Below are positions 9,754-17,916 of a DNA stretch of 20,000 nucleotides, piece after piece. A program made the translations under genes and the position numbers. Every line of letters starts with the position of its first letter. Within the stretch, counting starts at the first letter, position 1. The notes below the pieces were generated by a model. That model saw only the letters and a list, made by a program, of their open reading frames with translations. It was not told the DNA's origin and did no database searches. Source of the DNA: Brevibacterium luteolum (GTDB taxonomy: Bacteria; Actinomycetota; Actinomycetes; Actinomycetales; Brevibacteriaceae); contig NZ_JABEMC010000002.1 of assembly GCF_013004595.1 (NCBI RefSeq), positions 423,886-443,885 of the forward strand, given 5' to 3'.

Positions 9754-11151
9754 ATGTCCATCACCCCTGAGATGATCTCCTCGAGCCTCGCCGGCGTCTC
9801 GCACGTCCCATACTGGCTCGATGACCCCGCCAGGCCCGAGGCGGGCCCCGCCCTAGTCGGAGACCGCACCTGCGATCTCGCCGTCGTCGGCGGCGGGTTC
9901 ACCGGTCTGTGGACGGCCCTGCAGGCCAAGGAGCGCGACCCCGGTCGGCACGTCGTGCTGCTGGAAGGCGGCCGTATCGGCTGGGCCGCCTCCGGGCGCA
10001 ACGGCGGGTTCTGCGAAGCCAGCCTCACCCATGGCCACGAGAACGGCGTCAAGCACCTGCCGGAGGAGAACGACGAGCTCAGCCGGCTCGGCTACGAGAA
10101 CCTCGACGCGATCGAAGATGCTGTCGCCCGCTACGGGCTCGACTGCGACTTCGAGCGCTCCGGGCTCATCCAGATCGCCACCGAGGACTACCAGATCCCC
10201 AGCCTGCGTCAGGCGCACAATCCGGAAGAAGGCGAGGTCTACCTCGACGGCGAGGAGCTGCGCGAGCGCATCGACTCCCCGACCTATCTGGGCGGGCTGC
10301 GGCTTGATCGGGAGTGCGCGATCATCAACCCGGCCAGACTGTGCTGGGAGCTGCTGCGCGTCTGCCGTGAGCTCGGCGTCGAAGTGTACGAGAACACCAT
10401 CGTGCGCAGGCTCACCGACAGCGGGGACACCGTCACGCTGACCACTGACGCCGGCACACTCACCGCCGGGCGCGCAGCACTCGGCACGAACGCGTTCCCC
10501 GCACTGCTCAAGCGGGTCAAATGGCACACCGCACCGGTATACGACTACGCACTCATGACCGAACCGCTCAGCGATGAGCAGTGGGCGGCGATCGGCTGGA
10601 ACGGCAGGGAGGGCCTGGCCGACTCGGCCAACCGGTTCCACTACTACCGGCGCACCGTCGACGGCCGGATCCTGTTCGGCGGCTGGGACGCCGTGTACTA
10701 CTACGGTCGGCGCGTCTCCAGTCGCTTCGACACCCGGCAGGAGACCTTCGAAACTCTCGCCCGGCACTTCTTCGAGACCTTCCCGCAGGCCACCGGCATC
10801 CGCTTCACCCACGCCTGGGGCGGGGCGATCGACACCTGCACTCGGTTCTTCTCCTTCTTCGACACCGCCTATGCGGGCAAGGTCGCCTACGCCGCCGGGT
10901 TCACCGGCCTCGGCGTCGGGGCCTCCCGGTTCGCCGGTACCGTCATGCTCGATCTGCTCACCGGTGAGCCGACTGAGCTGACCGAACTGGAGATGGTGAA
11001 GAAGAAGCCGCTGCCGTTCCCACCTGAGCCGTTCATGTGGGCCGGAGCGAAGATGACGACCCGCGCGCTCATCAAGTCCGACGAGAACGAAGGCAGGCGC
11101 GGCCCGCTGCTCAAGACGCTCGACGCATTCGGGGTCGGCTTTGACTCATAG
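9754..11151 (+). CDS. FAD-dependent oxidoreductase, DadA/PuuB (gamma-glutamylputrescine oxidase-like) family
   Basis: Rossmann VVGGGFTGLW, GWAASGRNGG, RILFGG, HAWGG and GFTGLGV. The start is set at ATG 9754 after GAGG. Confidence 0.85.
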   Translation: MSITPEMISSSLAGVSHVPYWLDDPARPEAGPALVGDRTCDLAVVGGGFTGLWTALQAKERDPGRHVVLLEGGRIGWAASGRNGGFCEASLTHGHENGVKHLPEENDELSRLGYENLDAIEDAVARYGLDCDFERSGLIQIATEDYQIPSLRQAHNPEEGEVYLDGEELRERIDSPTYLGGLRLDRECAIINPARLCWELLRVCRELGVEVYENTIVRRLTDSGDTVTLTTDAGTLTAGRAALGTNAFPALLKRVKWHTAPVYDYALMTEPLSDEQWAAIGWNGREGLADSANRFHYYRRTVDGRILFGGWDAVYYYGRRVSSRFDTRQETFETLARHFFETFPQATGIRFTHAWGGAIDTCTRFFSFFDTAYAGKVAYAAGFTGLGVGASRFAGTVMLDLLTGEPTELTELEMVKKKPLPFPPEPFMWAGAKMTTRALIKSDENEGRRGPLLKTLDAFGVGFDS

Positions 11152-11153
11152 CA

Positions 11154-11213
11154 TCCGCCGCGACTGGGTCGGCCACGGCGGGGTCCGCCGCGGCTGGGTC
11201 CGCCGGGACTGTG
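11154..11213. repeat. Intergenic degenerate tandem repeat, 4 x 15 bp
   Basis: tccgccgcgactggg / tcggccacggcgggg / tccgccgcggctggg / tccgccgggactgtg, immediately after the oxidase stop codon. Confidence 0.75.
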
Positions 11214-11246
11214 CTGGCTGCCAGGTTCTCCTGAGAGAGTAGGACT

Positions 11247-12692
11247 ATGGCAGTCTTCACGAGTTCGCTGGTCGTTCCGCATCCTCTGCACACCGTCTTC
11301 GATTGGCATCGACGGCCCGGGGCGCTGACCCGGCTGAGCCCGGAATGGGCGATGCAGATCGAACAGGAGGCCGAGCCCCTGACGCCGGGCTCGCAGGCGT
11401 CGATGAAGATCACCCTGCCCGGCACGCACGGGCTCGTGCGCACCCCCTTCTCCGTCGAACACGCCGCCGGGCCGAGTGAGCACTCCTTCATCGACCGGCA
11501 GGTGCGGGGTCCGCTGAGCTCCTGGGAGCACACCCACACCTTCACCGAGGTGACCGGCGCTGAATCCGTCGGCTCGGCCTTCACCCGGATCGACGACCAC
11601 ATCGACTACAGCTTCGCTCCCGGCATCCTGCCCGGCGCGACCGAGATCGACGCGGCCGCGATGGAACCGACGCTGCGGGCGATCTTCAACGCCCGCAGCG
11701 AACGGCTGCTCGCCGATCTCGCCTACCAGGATGAGCTCACCGCGATCGGCGGGCCGGAGCGGAAGAAGGTCCTCATTGCTGGTGCCTCAGGCACCGTCGG
11801 CTCACAGGTCGCCGCCCTCCTGTCGACCGGTGGACACGAGGTGCGCACACTGGTGCGCGACACCCCGTGGAAGGACTCCGAGGTCAAATGGAACCCCGAC
11901 CTCGGCATCCTCGACCCCAACGCACTCGCCTGGGCCGACGTCGTCATCCACCTAGGCGGCGCGACCATCGGCACCCGCTTCTCACCGGCGGCCAAGGATC
12001 GGATCATGCGCTCGCGGCGCGATTCGACGAAGCTCATCGTGCTCACCATGGAGCAGCTGTCGGAGACCCGCCGACCCGAGGCGTTCATCTGCGCCTCGGC
12101 GATCGGCTACTACGGCTACGACCGCGGCGACGAAGAGCTCAGCGAAGACGCCGGTTCCGGCGGCGGGTTCCTCGCCGAGGTGTGCCGTGCCTGGGAAGAA
12201 GAGGCTGCGAAGGCCGAAGCGCTCGGCGTGCGCTGGGTGTCGGTGCGCACCGCCCAGGTGCTCACCGCCCTGTCAGGACCGCTGCGCCTGCAGCTGCCGC
12301 TGTACCTCTGCGGCCTCGGCGGGCGGATCGGCACCGGCCAGCAGTGGATGTCGTGGATCTCGCTCGACGACATCGCCCGCATCTACGCCCGTGCCGCCGT
12401 CGACCCGACCATGAGCGGGCCGGTCAACGCCGCGGCCCCACAGCCGGTGCGCCAGGCCGAGTTCGCTCAGGCGCTCGCCGGGCTGGCCTCGATGCCGGCG
12501 CTTGTGCCGACTCCGCGCCTGGGTCCCGAGATGCTGCTGGGCAAGCAGGCGGCCCAGGAGCTCGTGCTCGCCGACCAGCGGGTGGTGCCCACCCGGCTCG
12601 ACGAGCTCGGCTACCGGTTCCGGTACCCGGAGATCCGGCAGGCGATGGCCGACGCCCTCGGCTTTCCCGACACCGACCACACCGGCACTTGA
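11247..12692 (+). CDS. SRPBCC-domain + TIGR01777 (YfcH-like) NAD-dependent epimerase/oxidoreductase fusion
   Basis: N-terminal VFDWHRRPGALTRLSP...FIDRQVRGPLSSWEHTHTF (SRPBCC-like). C-terminal IAGASGTVG, SAIGYYG, FLAEVCRAWE, GTGQQWMSWISLDD and GPVNA. Confidence 0.88.
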   Translation: MAVFTSSLVVPHPLHTVFDWHRRPGALTRLSPEWAMQIEQEAEPLTPGSQASMKITLPGTHGLVRTPFSVEHAAGPSEHSFIDRQVRGPLSSWEHTHTFTEVTGAESVGSAFTRIDDHIDYSFAPGILPGATEIDAAAMEPTLRAIFNARSERLLADLAYQDELTAIGGPERKKVLIAGASGTVGSQVAALLSTGGHEVRTLVRDTPWKDSEVKWNPDLGILDPNALAWADVVIHLGGATIGTRFSPAAKDRIMRSRRDSTKLIVLTMEQLSETRRPEAFICASAIGYYGYDRGDEELSEDAGSGGGFLAEVCRAWEEEAAKAEALGVRWVSVRTAQVLTALSGPLRLQLPLYLCGLGGRIGTGQQWMSWISLDDIARIYARAAVDPTMSGPVNAAAPQPVRQAEFAQALAGLASMPALVPTPRLGPEMLLGKQAAQELVLADQRVVPTRLDELGYRFRYPEIRQAMADALGFPDTDHTGT

Positions 12693-12778
12693 CTCGACCA
12701 CCTTCAGCCCATTTCACCCGACCCCGACAGATCCACGCGCCCGGCACCTCGGGCGCGGCCGAACAGAAAGGACACCCC

Positions 12779-14155
12779 ATGAGCAGCGCAGGATACCGCG
12801 TGCAGAATCCCGCCACCGGCGAGATCGTCGAGACCTTCGACACCGCCAGCCAGGCCGACGTCGACACCGCCCTCGACCGCGCCCACACCGCCTACCAGTC
12901 GTGGCGCGAGATGCCGATCGAGGAGCGCGGGAAAATCGTCAAGCGCGTTGCCGAGCTCTTCACCGAGCGCAAGGACGAGCTCGCCCAGATCATCGCCGAC
13001 GAAATGGGCAAACCGTTGCCCGAAGGCGTTGAGGAAGCCGAATACTGCACCGACATCTTCAACTACTTCGCCGACAACGGCCCCACGCTGGCCGCTGACC
13101 AGGAGATCCCGACCTTCTCCGAGGGCAAGGCCTACGTCGAACGCCGCCCGATCGGTGTGCTGCTGGGCATCATGCCCTGGAACTTCCCCTACTACCAGGT
13201 CGCCCGCTTCGCCGCCCCGAACTTCATGCTCGGCAACACCATCATCCTCAAACACGCCGAGATCTGCCCGCGCTCAGCCCAGGCGATCCAGCAGATCATG
13301 GACGACGCTGGCGTGCCGGCAGGCGTGTACAACAACCTCTTCGCCAGCCACGACCAGATCGCCGAGATCATCGCCGACCCGCGCGTGCAGGGCGTCTCGC
13401 TGACCGGCTCCGAACGGGCCGGCTCCGTCGTCGGTGCGCTGGCCGGCAAGCACCTGAAGAAGGCCGTGCTCGAACTCGGCGGTTCCGACCCGTACGTCAT
13501 CCTCGACACCGATGACGTCAAGGAAGCGGCGAAGACCGCCTGGGAGACCCGGATGTACAACACCGGCCAGGCCTGCAACTCGAACAAGCGGATGATCGTC
13601 ATGGACGACATCTACGACGAGTTCGTCTCCGAGCTCACGAGCCTCGCTGAGGGCATGAGACCCGGCGGGCCGGGCGATGACTACGAGACAACCTACACGC
13701 CGCTGTCGTCGAAGGAGGCCGCTGATCGGCTCGATGCGCAGGTCCAGCAGGCCGTCAAGGACGGCGCGACGCTGCGCGCCGGCGGCACGCGCGGCGACGG
13801 CGCCTACTACGCACCGACCGTCATCACCGATGTCACCAGCGACATGGAGGCCTACCGCGAGGAGCTCTTCGGACCCGTCGCCGTCGTGTACAAGGTGTCC
13901 TCTGATGAGGAGGCGCTCACGCTGGCCAACGACACCGACTTCGGGCTCGGCGGCGCGGTGTTCTCCAAGGACAAGGCCCGGGCGGAGAAGATCGCCCAGC
14001 AGCTCGACGTCGGCATGTCGAACGTCAACACCCCAGCCGGGGAGGGCGCCGAGGTGCCCTTCGGCGGCGTCAAGCGCTCCGGCTTCGGCCGCGAACTCGG
14101 CCCGCTGGGCATGGACGAGTTCGTCAACAAGCGCATGTACTACGTCGCCGAGTGA
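12779..14155 (+). CDS. gabD: NAD(P)-dependent succinate-semialdehyde dehydrogenase (Sad/GabD1 type)
   Basis: [55 protein letters not shown] and [24 protein letters not shown] upstream of ATG 12779. Confidence 0.85.
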   Translation: MSSAGYRVQNPATGEIVETFDTASQADVDTALDRAHTAYQSWREMPIEERGKIVKRVAELFTERKDELAQIIADEMGKPLPEGVEEAEYCTDIFNYFADNGPTLAADQEIPTFSEGKAYVERRPIGVLLGIMPWNFPYYQVARFAAPNFMLGNTIILKHAEICPRSAQAIQQIMDDAGVPAGVYNNLFASHDQIAEIIADPRVQGVSLTGSERAGSVVGALAGKHLKKAVLELGGSDPYVILDTDDVKEAAKTAWETRMYNTGQACNSNKRMIVMDDIYDEFVSELTSLAEGMRPGGPGDDYETTYTPLSSKEAADRLDAQVQQAVKDGATLRAGGTRGDGAYYAPTVITDVTSDMEAYREELFGPVAVVYKVSSDEEALTLANDTDFGLGGAVFSKDKARAEKIAQQLDVGMSNVNTPAGEGAEVPFGGVKRSGFGRELGPLGMDEFVNKRMYYVAE

Positions 14156-14188
14156 TCTCTGCGGCACAGCGCTGAGCTGAACTGCCAG

Positions 14189-14220
14189 CGGGGCTCCCCT
14201 TCATCTGGAGGGGAGCCCCG
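14189..14220 (+). terminator. Strong hairpin after gabD, probable intrinsic terminator
   Basis: 12-bp perfect stem CGGGGCTCCCCT / AGGGGAGCCCCG with no U-tract, which is common in actinobacteria. Confidence 0.75.
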
Positions 14221-14300
14221 TCTGCGCTGCCGGCCGGCTGACGTCAGAAGGGTGCCCACGACCTGCCGATGAATGCTGCCCCGGGCGCTACTGTGGAGAC

Positions 14301-15035
14301 ATGTCACTGCGGATCCTCGTCATCGAACACGAAGCCGGCACGGATGCCCGGCGCTTCGGCGACTGGCTCGAACGCGCAGGTGCCGAGCTCATCGTCGCCC
14401 GCCCCTACCTCGGGTCCGAACATGCCGACCCCGGCCCGTCGCTGCCTGCCGATGCCGCTGCGCTGCGCGCCGCCTACGACGCCCTCATCGTCCTCGGCGG
14501 AGCCGCCGGCCCGCTCGATGATGAGGACAACCCGTGGTTCCCGCATGTGCGCAGCCTGCTCGCCGCCTCAGCCGAAGGTGCATTCCCCAGCTTCAACATC
14601 TGCCTGGGCGGCGAGCTGCTCGCCGCAGCCACCGGCGGGCAGCTGCGCCGCCGCCGCGTCCCGCAGGTCGGGGCGTACATCGTCGCCGCCCGGCCCGAAG
14701 CCGCAGACGACCCGGTCTTCTCAGCGATGCCCGCCTCGGCGCCTGTGGTCCTGTGGCACCAGGAGGAGATGGGCCTGCCGCCGGGCGCGGTCCACCTCGT
14801 CGACGGCACCGACGCACCTGTGCAGGCGTTCCGGATCGGTCAGGCGTGGGGCACCCAGTTCCATCCCGAAACCACGGGATCGCAGGCGCGCAGCTGGGGG
14901 CAGCACGTGTCGATGCCGGTGTGGTGCGGCAGGGCACGCGAGCAGGTGCTTGCGGAGATTGCGAACGCCGAGCCCGAGGTGGAGGCCGCAATGGCCCCGC
15001 TGGCGGCGGCGTTCGTCGACTATCTGCGCAGGTGA
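14301..15035 (+). CDS. Class-I glutamine amidotransferase-like protein (stand-alone, GMP-synthase-like glutaminase fold)
   Basis: LIVLGG oxyanion strand, the nucleophile elbow ICLGGEL, WHQEE and QFHPE. The Cys-His-Glu triad is intact. Confidence 0.87.
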   Translation: MSLRILVIEHEAGTDARRFGDWLERAGAELIVARPYLGSEHADPGPSLPADAAALRAAYDALIVLGGAAGPLDDEDNPWFPHVRSLLAASAEGAFPSFNICLGGELLAAATGGQLRRRRVPQVGAYIVAARPEAADDPVFSAMPASAPVVLWHQEEMGLPPGAVHLVDGTDAPVQAFRIGQAWGTQFHPETTGSQARSWGQHVSMPVWCGRAREQVLAEIANAEPEVEAAMAPLAAAFVDYLRR

Positions 15036-15274
15036 TCACCGCTGCGCAGCCGATGACGGCGGTGCTGCCGCAGCGGTGGAACGGCGGGGGTGACGGGTCC
15101 AGCGGAACGCCGCAGATGAACCCGGCCAGTCCTGAAACTGCCGCATTCCGCGTCACGAAGCGGTGACGTTTTGACTCTGAGCATTGGATTGGCAATGACT
15201 GAGTTGTTACTCTGCACACTGGCGCCGCAGCCGAACCGACCCTTTGGCCGTACGTCTACCACGCGCCCGACAAC

Positions 15275-16963
15275 ATGAATATGATTGCTCCACCTGCCGT
15301 TCTCGCCGGAGCGGCTGACCAGTCCAGCTCCTCCGTTGACCAGTTCATCGACGGTCTCTTCGCCCCATTCGCCGAATGGCTGTCATTCATCGTCTTCTAC
15401 GAGATTCCGATCTTCGGCGTCGGACTGCCGATCATCGTCGTGTGGCTCATGGTCGGAGCGATCTTCCTCACGGTCTTCCTGCGCTTCCAGCCGATCACCG
15501 GACTGGGGCACTCCCTCAAGGTCATCCGCGGCAAGTTCACCCGCAAGACCGACCCCGGTGAGGTTTCGTCCTTCCAGGCCCTGGCCACCGAGCTCTCCGG
15601 CACCGTCGGGCTGGGCAACATCGCCGGTGTGGCCGTGGCGATCACGATCGGCGGGCCGGGTGCGGCACTGTGGATCATCATCTTCGGTCTGCTCGCCATG
15701 TCGATGAAGATGGCTGAGGCGACCCTCGGTGTGAAGTACCGCCAGATCGCCGGTGACGGCACCACCTCGGGCGGGCCGATGTACTACCTGTGTGAGGGCC
15801 TGGCCGAGGTCGGCTGGCCGCGGCTGGGCAAGTTCCTCGCTGTGTTCTACGCCCTCACCACCCTCATCGGTGTGTTCGGCGCCGGCAACCTGTTCCAGGC
15901 CAACCAGGTCGCAGCGATCATCGTCGACTCCACCGGCGGTGACTCCAGCTTCCTGGCCGACAAGCTGTGGCTCATCGGCCTCGTCATGGCGCTCGTGGCC
16001 GGCTTCGTCATCATCGGCGGCATCAAGAAGATCGCCGAATGGACCTCGGCGATCACCCCGGCGATGGCGATCCTCTACACCGCAAGTGTGCTCATCATCC
16101 TCGCGATGAACGTCACCGCCATCCCGCACGCCTTCTGGCTCATGATCGAAGGCGCCTTCACCGGTGAGGGCGTGACCGGCGGCATCGTCGGTGTGGCGAT
16201 CGTCGGCATCCAGCGTGCGCTGTTCTCCAACGTCGGCGGTGTCGGCACCGCCGGCATGGCCCACTCGGCGGTCAAGACCGATGAGCCGGCCACTGAGGGC
16301 TTCACCGCGATGTGGGAGCCGCTGGTCGACTCCGTCATCATCTGTACGCTCACCGCCCTGGCGATCATCACCACCGGTCTCTACCAGGCTGATGCCGGTG
16401 ACGGCTCCACCGGTGCCGGTGTGGCGCTGACCAGCCAGGCGTTCGCAACCGTCTCGGCGTGGTTCCCGTACCTGCTGACCGTTGCCGTGGTGCTCTTCGG
16501 CTTCTCGACGGTGCTGTCCTACGCCTACTACGGACAGAAGGCGCTGGGCTACCTGACGAAGAACTCGGCTGTGGCCGACAAGATCTTCCAGTTCGTGTGG
16601 GTCGCTGCCGTCGTCGTCGGTTCGGCCGTCTCGCTCGACAGCGTCGTCGCCTTCTCCGATGCGACCCTGTTCCTCATGGCCGTGCCGAACCTGCTGGGCC
16701 TGTACTTCCTGTCCAAGCTCGTGCGCCTGGAGATCCTGCGGCACAAGAAGAAGGCCGTCGTCGGCACCATGCGCGAGGTGCCCGAGGACCTGCAGGTCGG
16801 TCTGCGTGACCACGAGCCCACCCCTGAGCAGGTCGAGCGGGAGAAGACCCGCCGCCACAAGGCCCGCGAGCACCGCAAGCGCGTGCGCACGGGCTTCCGC
16901 AGCGCCCAGCGCAAGCGCGGAGTCGACGTCGACGCGCTCGACGACCCCGACCGGAAGATCTGA
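15275..16963 (+). CDS. Alanine/glycine:cation symporter (AGCS, AlsT/AgcS family)
   Basis: GEVSSFQAL, GTVGLGNIAGVAVAITIGGPGA, GGPMYYL, GNLFQANQ, GGIKKIA, VDSVIICT and MAVPNL, with many TM segments. Confidence 0.92.
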   Translation: MNMIAPPAVLAGAADQSSSSVDQFIDGLFAPFAEWLSFIVFYEIPIFGVGLPIIVVWLMVGAIFLTVFLRFQPITGLGHSLKVIRGKFTRKTDPGEVSSFQALATELSGTVGLGNIAGVAVAITIGGPGAALWIIIFGLLAMSMKMAEATLGVKYRQIAGDGTTSGGPMYYLCEGLAEVGWPRLGKFLAVFYALTTLIGVFGAGNLFQANQVAAIIVDSTGGDSSFLADKLWLIGLVMALVAGFVIIGGIKKIAEWTSAITPAMAILYTASVLIILAMNVTAIPHAFWLMIEGAFTGEGVTGGIVGVAIVGIQRALFSNVGGVGTAGMAHSAVKTDEPATEGFTAMWEPLVDSVIICTLTALAIITTGLYQADAGDGSTGAGVALTSQAFATVSAWFPYLLTVAVVLFGFSTVLSYAYYGQKALGYLTKNSAVADKIFQFVWVAAVVVGSAVSLDSVVAFSDATLFLMAVPNLLGLYFLSKLVRLEILRHKKKAVVGTMREVPEDLQVGLRDHEPTPEQVEREKTRRHKAREHRKRVRTGFRSAQRKRGVDVDALDDPDRKI

Positions 16964-16988
16964 GCCGCACTCAGCTGAAACCGCACAT

Positions 16989-17022
16989 CAGGCGGGCAGA
17001 CGAGGGAGCGTCTGCCCGCCTG
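16989..17022. terminator. Bidirectional hairpin terminator between the convergent AGCS and tauE genes
   Basis: 14-bp perfect stem CAGGCGGGCAGACG / CGTCTGCCCGCCTG with a 6-nt loop. Confidence 0.75.
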
Positions 17023-17105
17023 CGGCATTCACGCACCGGCACGGAGACCTTGGCGCACCGGCACGGATGCGTCGGCGCGGCTCCGACCGCCTCACCTGCG
17101 GCGGT

Positions 17106-17858
17106 TCAGCCGGCGAGCATGACAAGCCCGCGCACGAGCGCGACGGCGGCCCCGGCGCCGGCGAGCGAGATCGCCAGCCTGCGGGCCGCCTCGGCGGTCA
17201 CGAGCCTGGCGAGCCGGCCGCCGGCGATGATGCCCAGGCCCACGGCGGCGAAGATGACCGGGAAGATCCACCACGGCGGCAGCTGGGAGATCGCCATCGC
17301 CCCGACTGCGAGCTTCGAGCCGACCGACAGCGCCCCGAAGGTCGCGAACGTCGGCTGCATCGTCGCGGCGAACGAACGCTGCGGCCAGCGCGCGAATTTC
17401 GCGTAGATGACCATGCCGGGCGCGGCAACGCCTGCTGAGGTGTTGAGGAACGCACCGGCTGCCCCGCCGGCGGCGGCGAGCCAGCCAGAGCGGATGTGCG
17501 GAACGCGCGGGGTTCCGAAGGTCAGGGCGAGGGCAGCGAGCACGACGAGGCCGATGACGATGTTGAGCCAGGCCGCTGAGAGCTCGCGGACGAGCAGGGC
17601 GGCTGGGATCGCGCCGAGGATCCCGGCAGGGAGGAAGATGAGGTAGCGGCGCCAGTCGACGTCCTTGAGAACGGCGAGCATGATGATGGTGCCGGAGAGC
17701 ATCGTCGTCGCATTCGCCATGAACACCCCCAGCGCCGGGCCCATGAGCAGCGCCAGCACCGGGGCGACGACGAGGCCGACGCCGGTTCCCGACAGCCGCT
17801 GCAGGGTGGCGCCGAGGAAGACGGCAGCGAGGGTCGCTGCCACGATGCCCAGGGTCAT
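17106..17858 (-). CDS. Sulfite exporter TauE/SafE-family membrane protein
   Basis: 250-aa, very hydrophobic two-repeat protein with LQRLSGTGVGLVVAP, VDWR, GILGAIP and GAFLNTSAGVAAP motifs. Confidence 0.82.
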   Translation of the reverse strand: MTLGIVAATLAAVFLGATLQRLSGTGVGLVVAPVLALLMGPALGVFMANATTMLSGTIIMLAVLKDVDWRRYLIFLPAGILGAIPAALLVRELSAAWLNIVIGLVVLAALALTFGTPRVPHIRSGWLAAAGGAAGAFLNTSAGVAAPGMVIYAKFARWPQRSFAATMQPTFATFGALSVGSKLAVGAMAISQLPPWWIFPVIFAAVGLGIIAGGRLARLVTAEAARRLAISLAGAGAAVALVRGLVMLAG

Positions 17859-17916
17859 GCGGCAATCCTAATGGCAGCCGCCCCACCGGCGGGCTCACCT
17901 GCGGCGGCCAGCGCGC

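Noticed and set aside
11154..11213. CRISPR array (also considered for 6519-6608 and 17032-17067)
   Set aside because: The units are short, degenerate and contiguous, with no unique spacers of CRISPR length and no cas genes.
12736..12757. Hairpin CGCGCCCG-N6-CGGGCGCG before gabD as a terminator
   Set aside because: It is a short all-GC stem with no U-tract, just upstream of the RBS. It could be chance or an mRNA stabiliser, and support is insufficient.
15036..15274. Glycine riboswitch upstream of the AGCS gene
   Set aside because: The GGAGA...CCGAAG...CTCTCAGG aptamer elements are not visible. An Rfam scan would be definitive.
2368..16873. Long antisense or alternative-frame ORFs (e.g. 2368-3432 +, 5280-6737 -, 9853-10812 -, 15383-16873 -)
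   Set aside because: They overlap well-supported genes almost entirely, show no recognisable motifs and are expected from GC3 bias.
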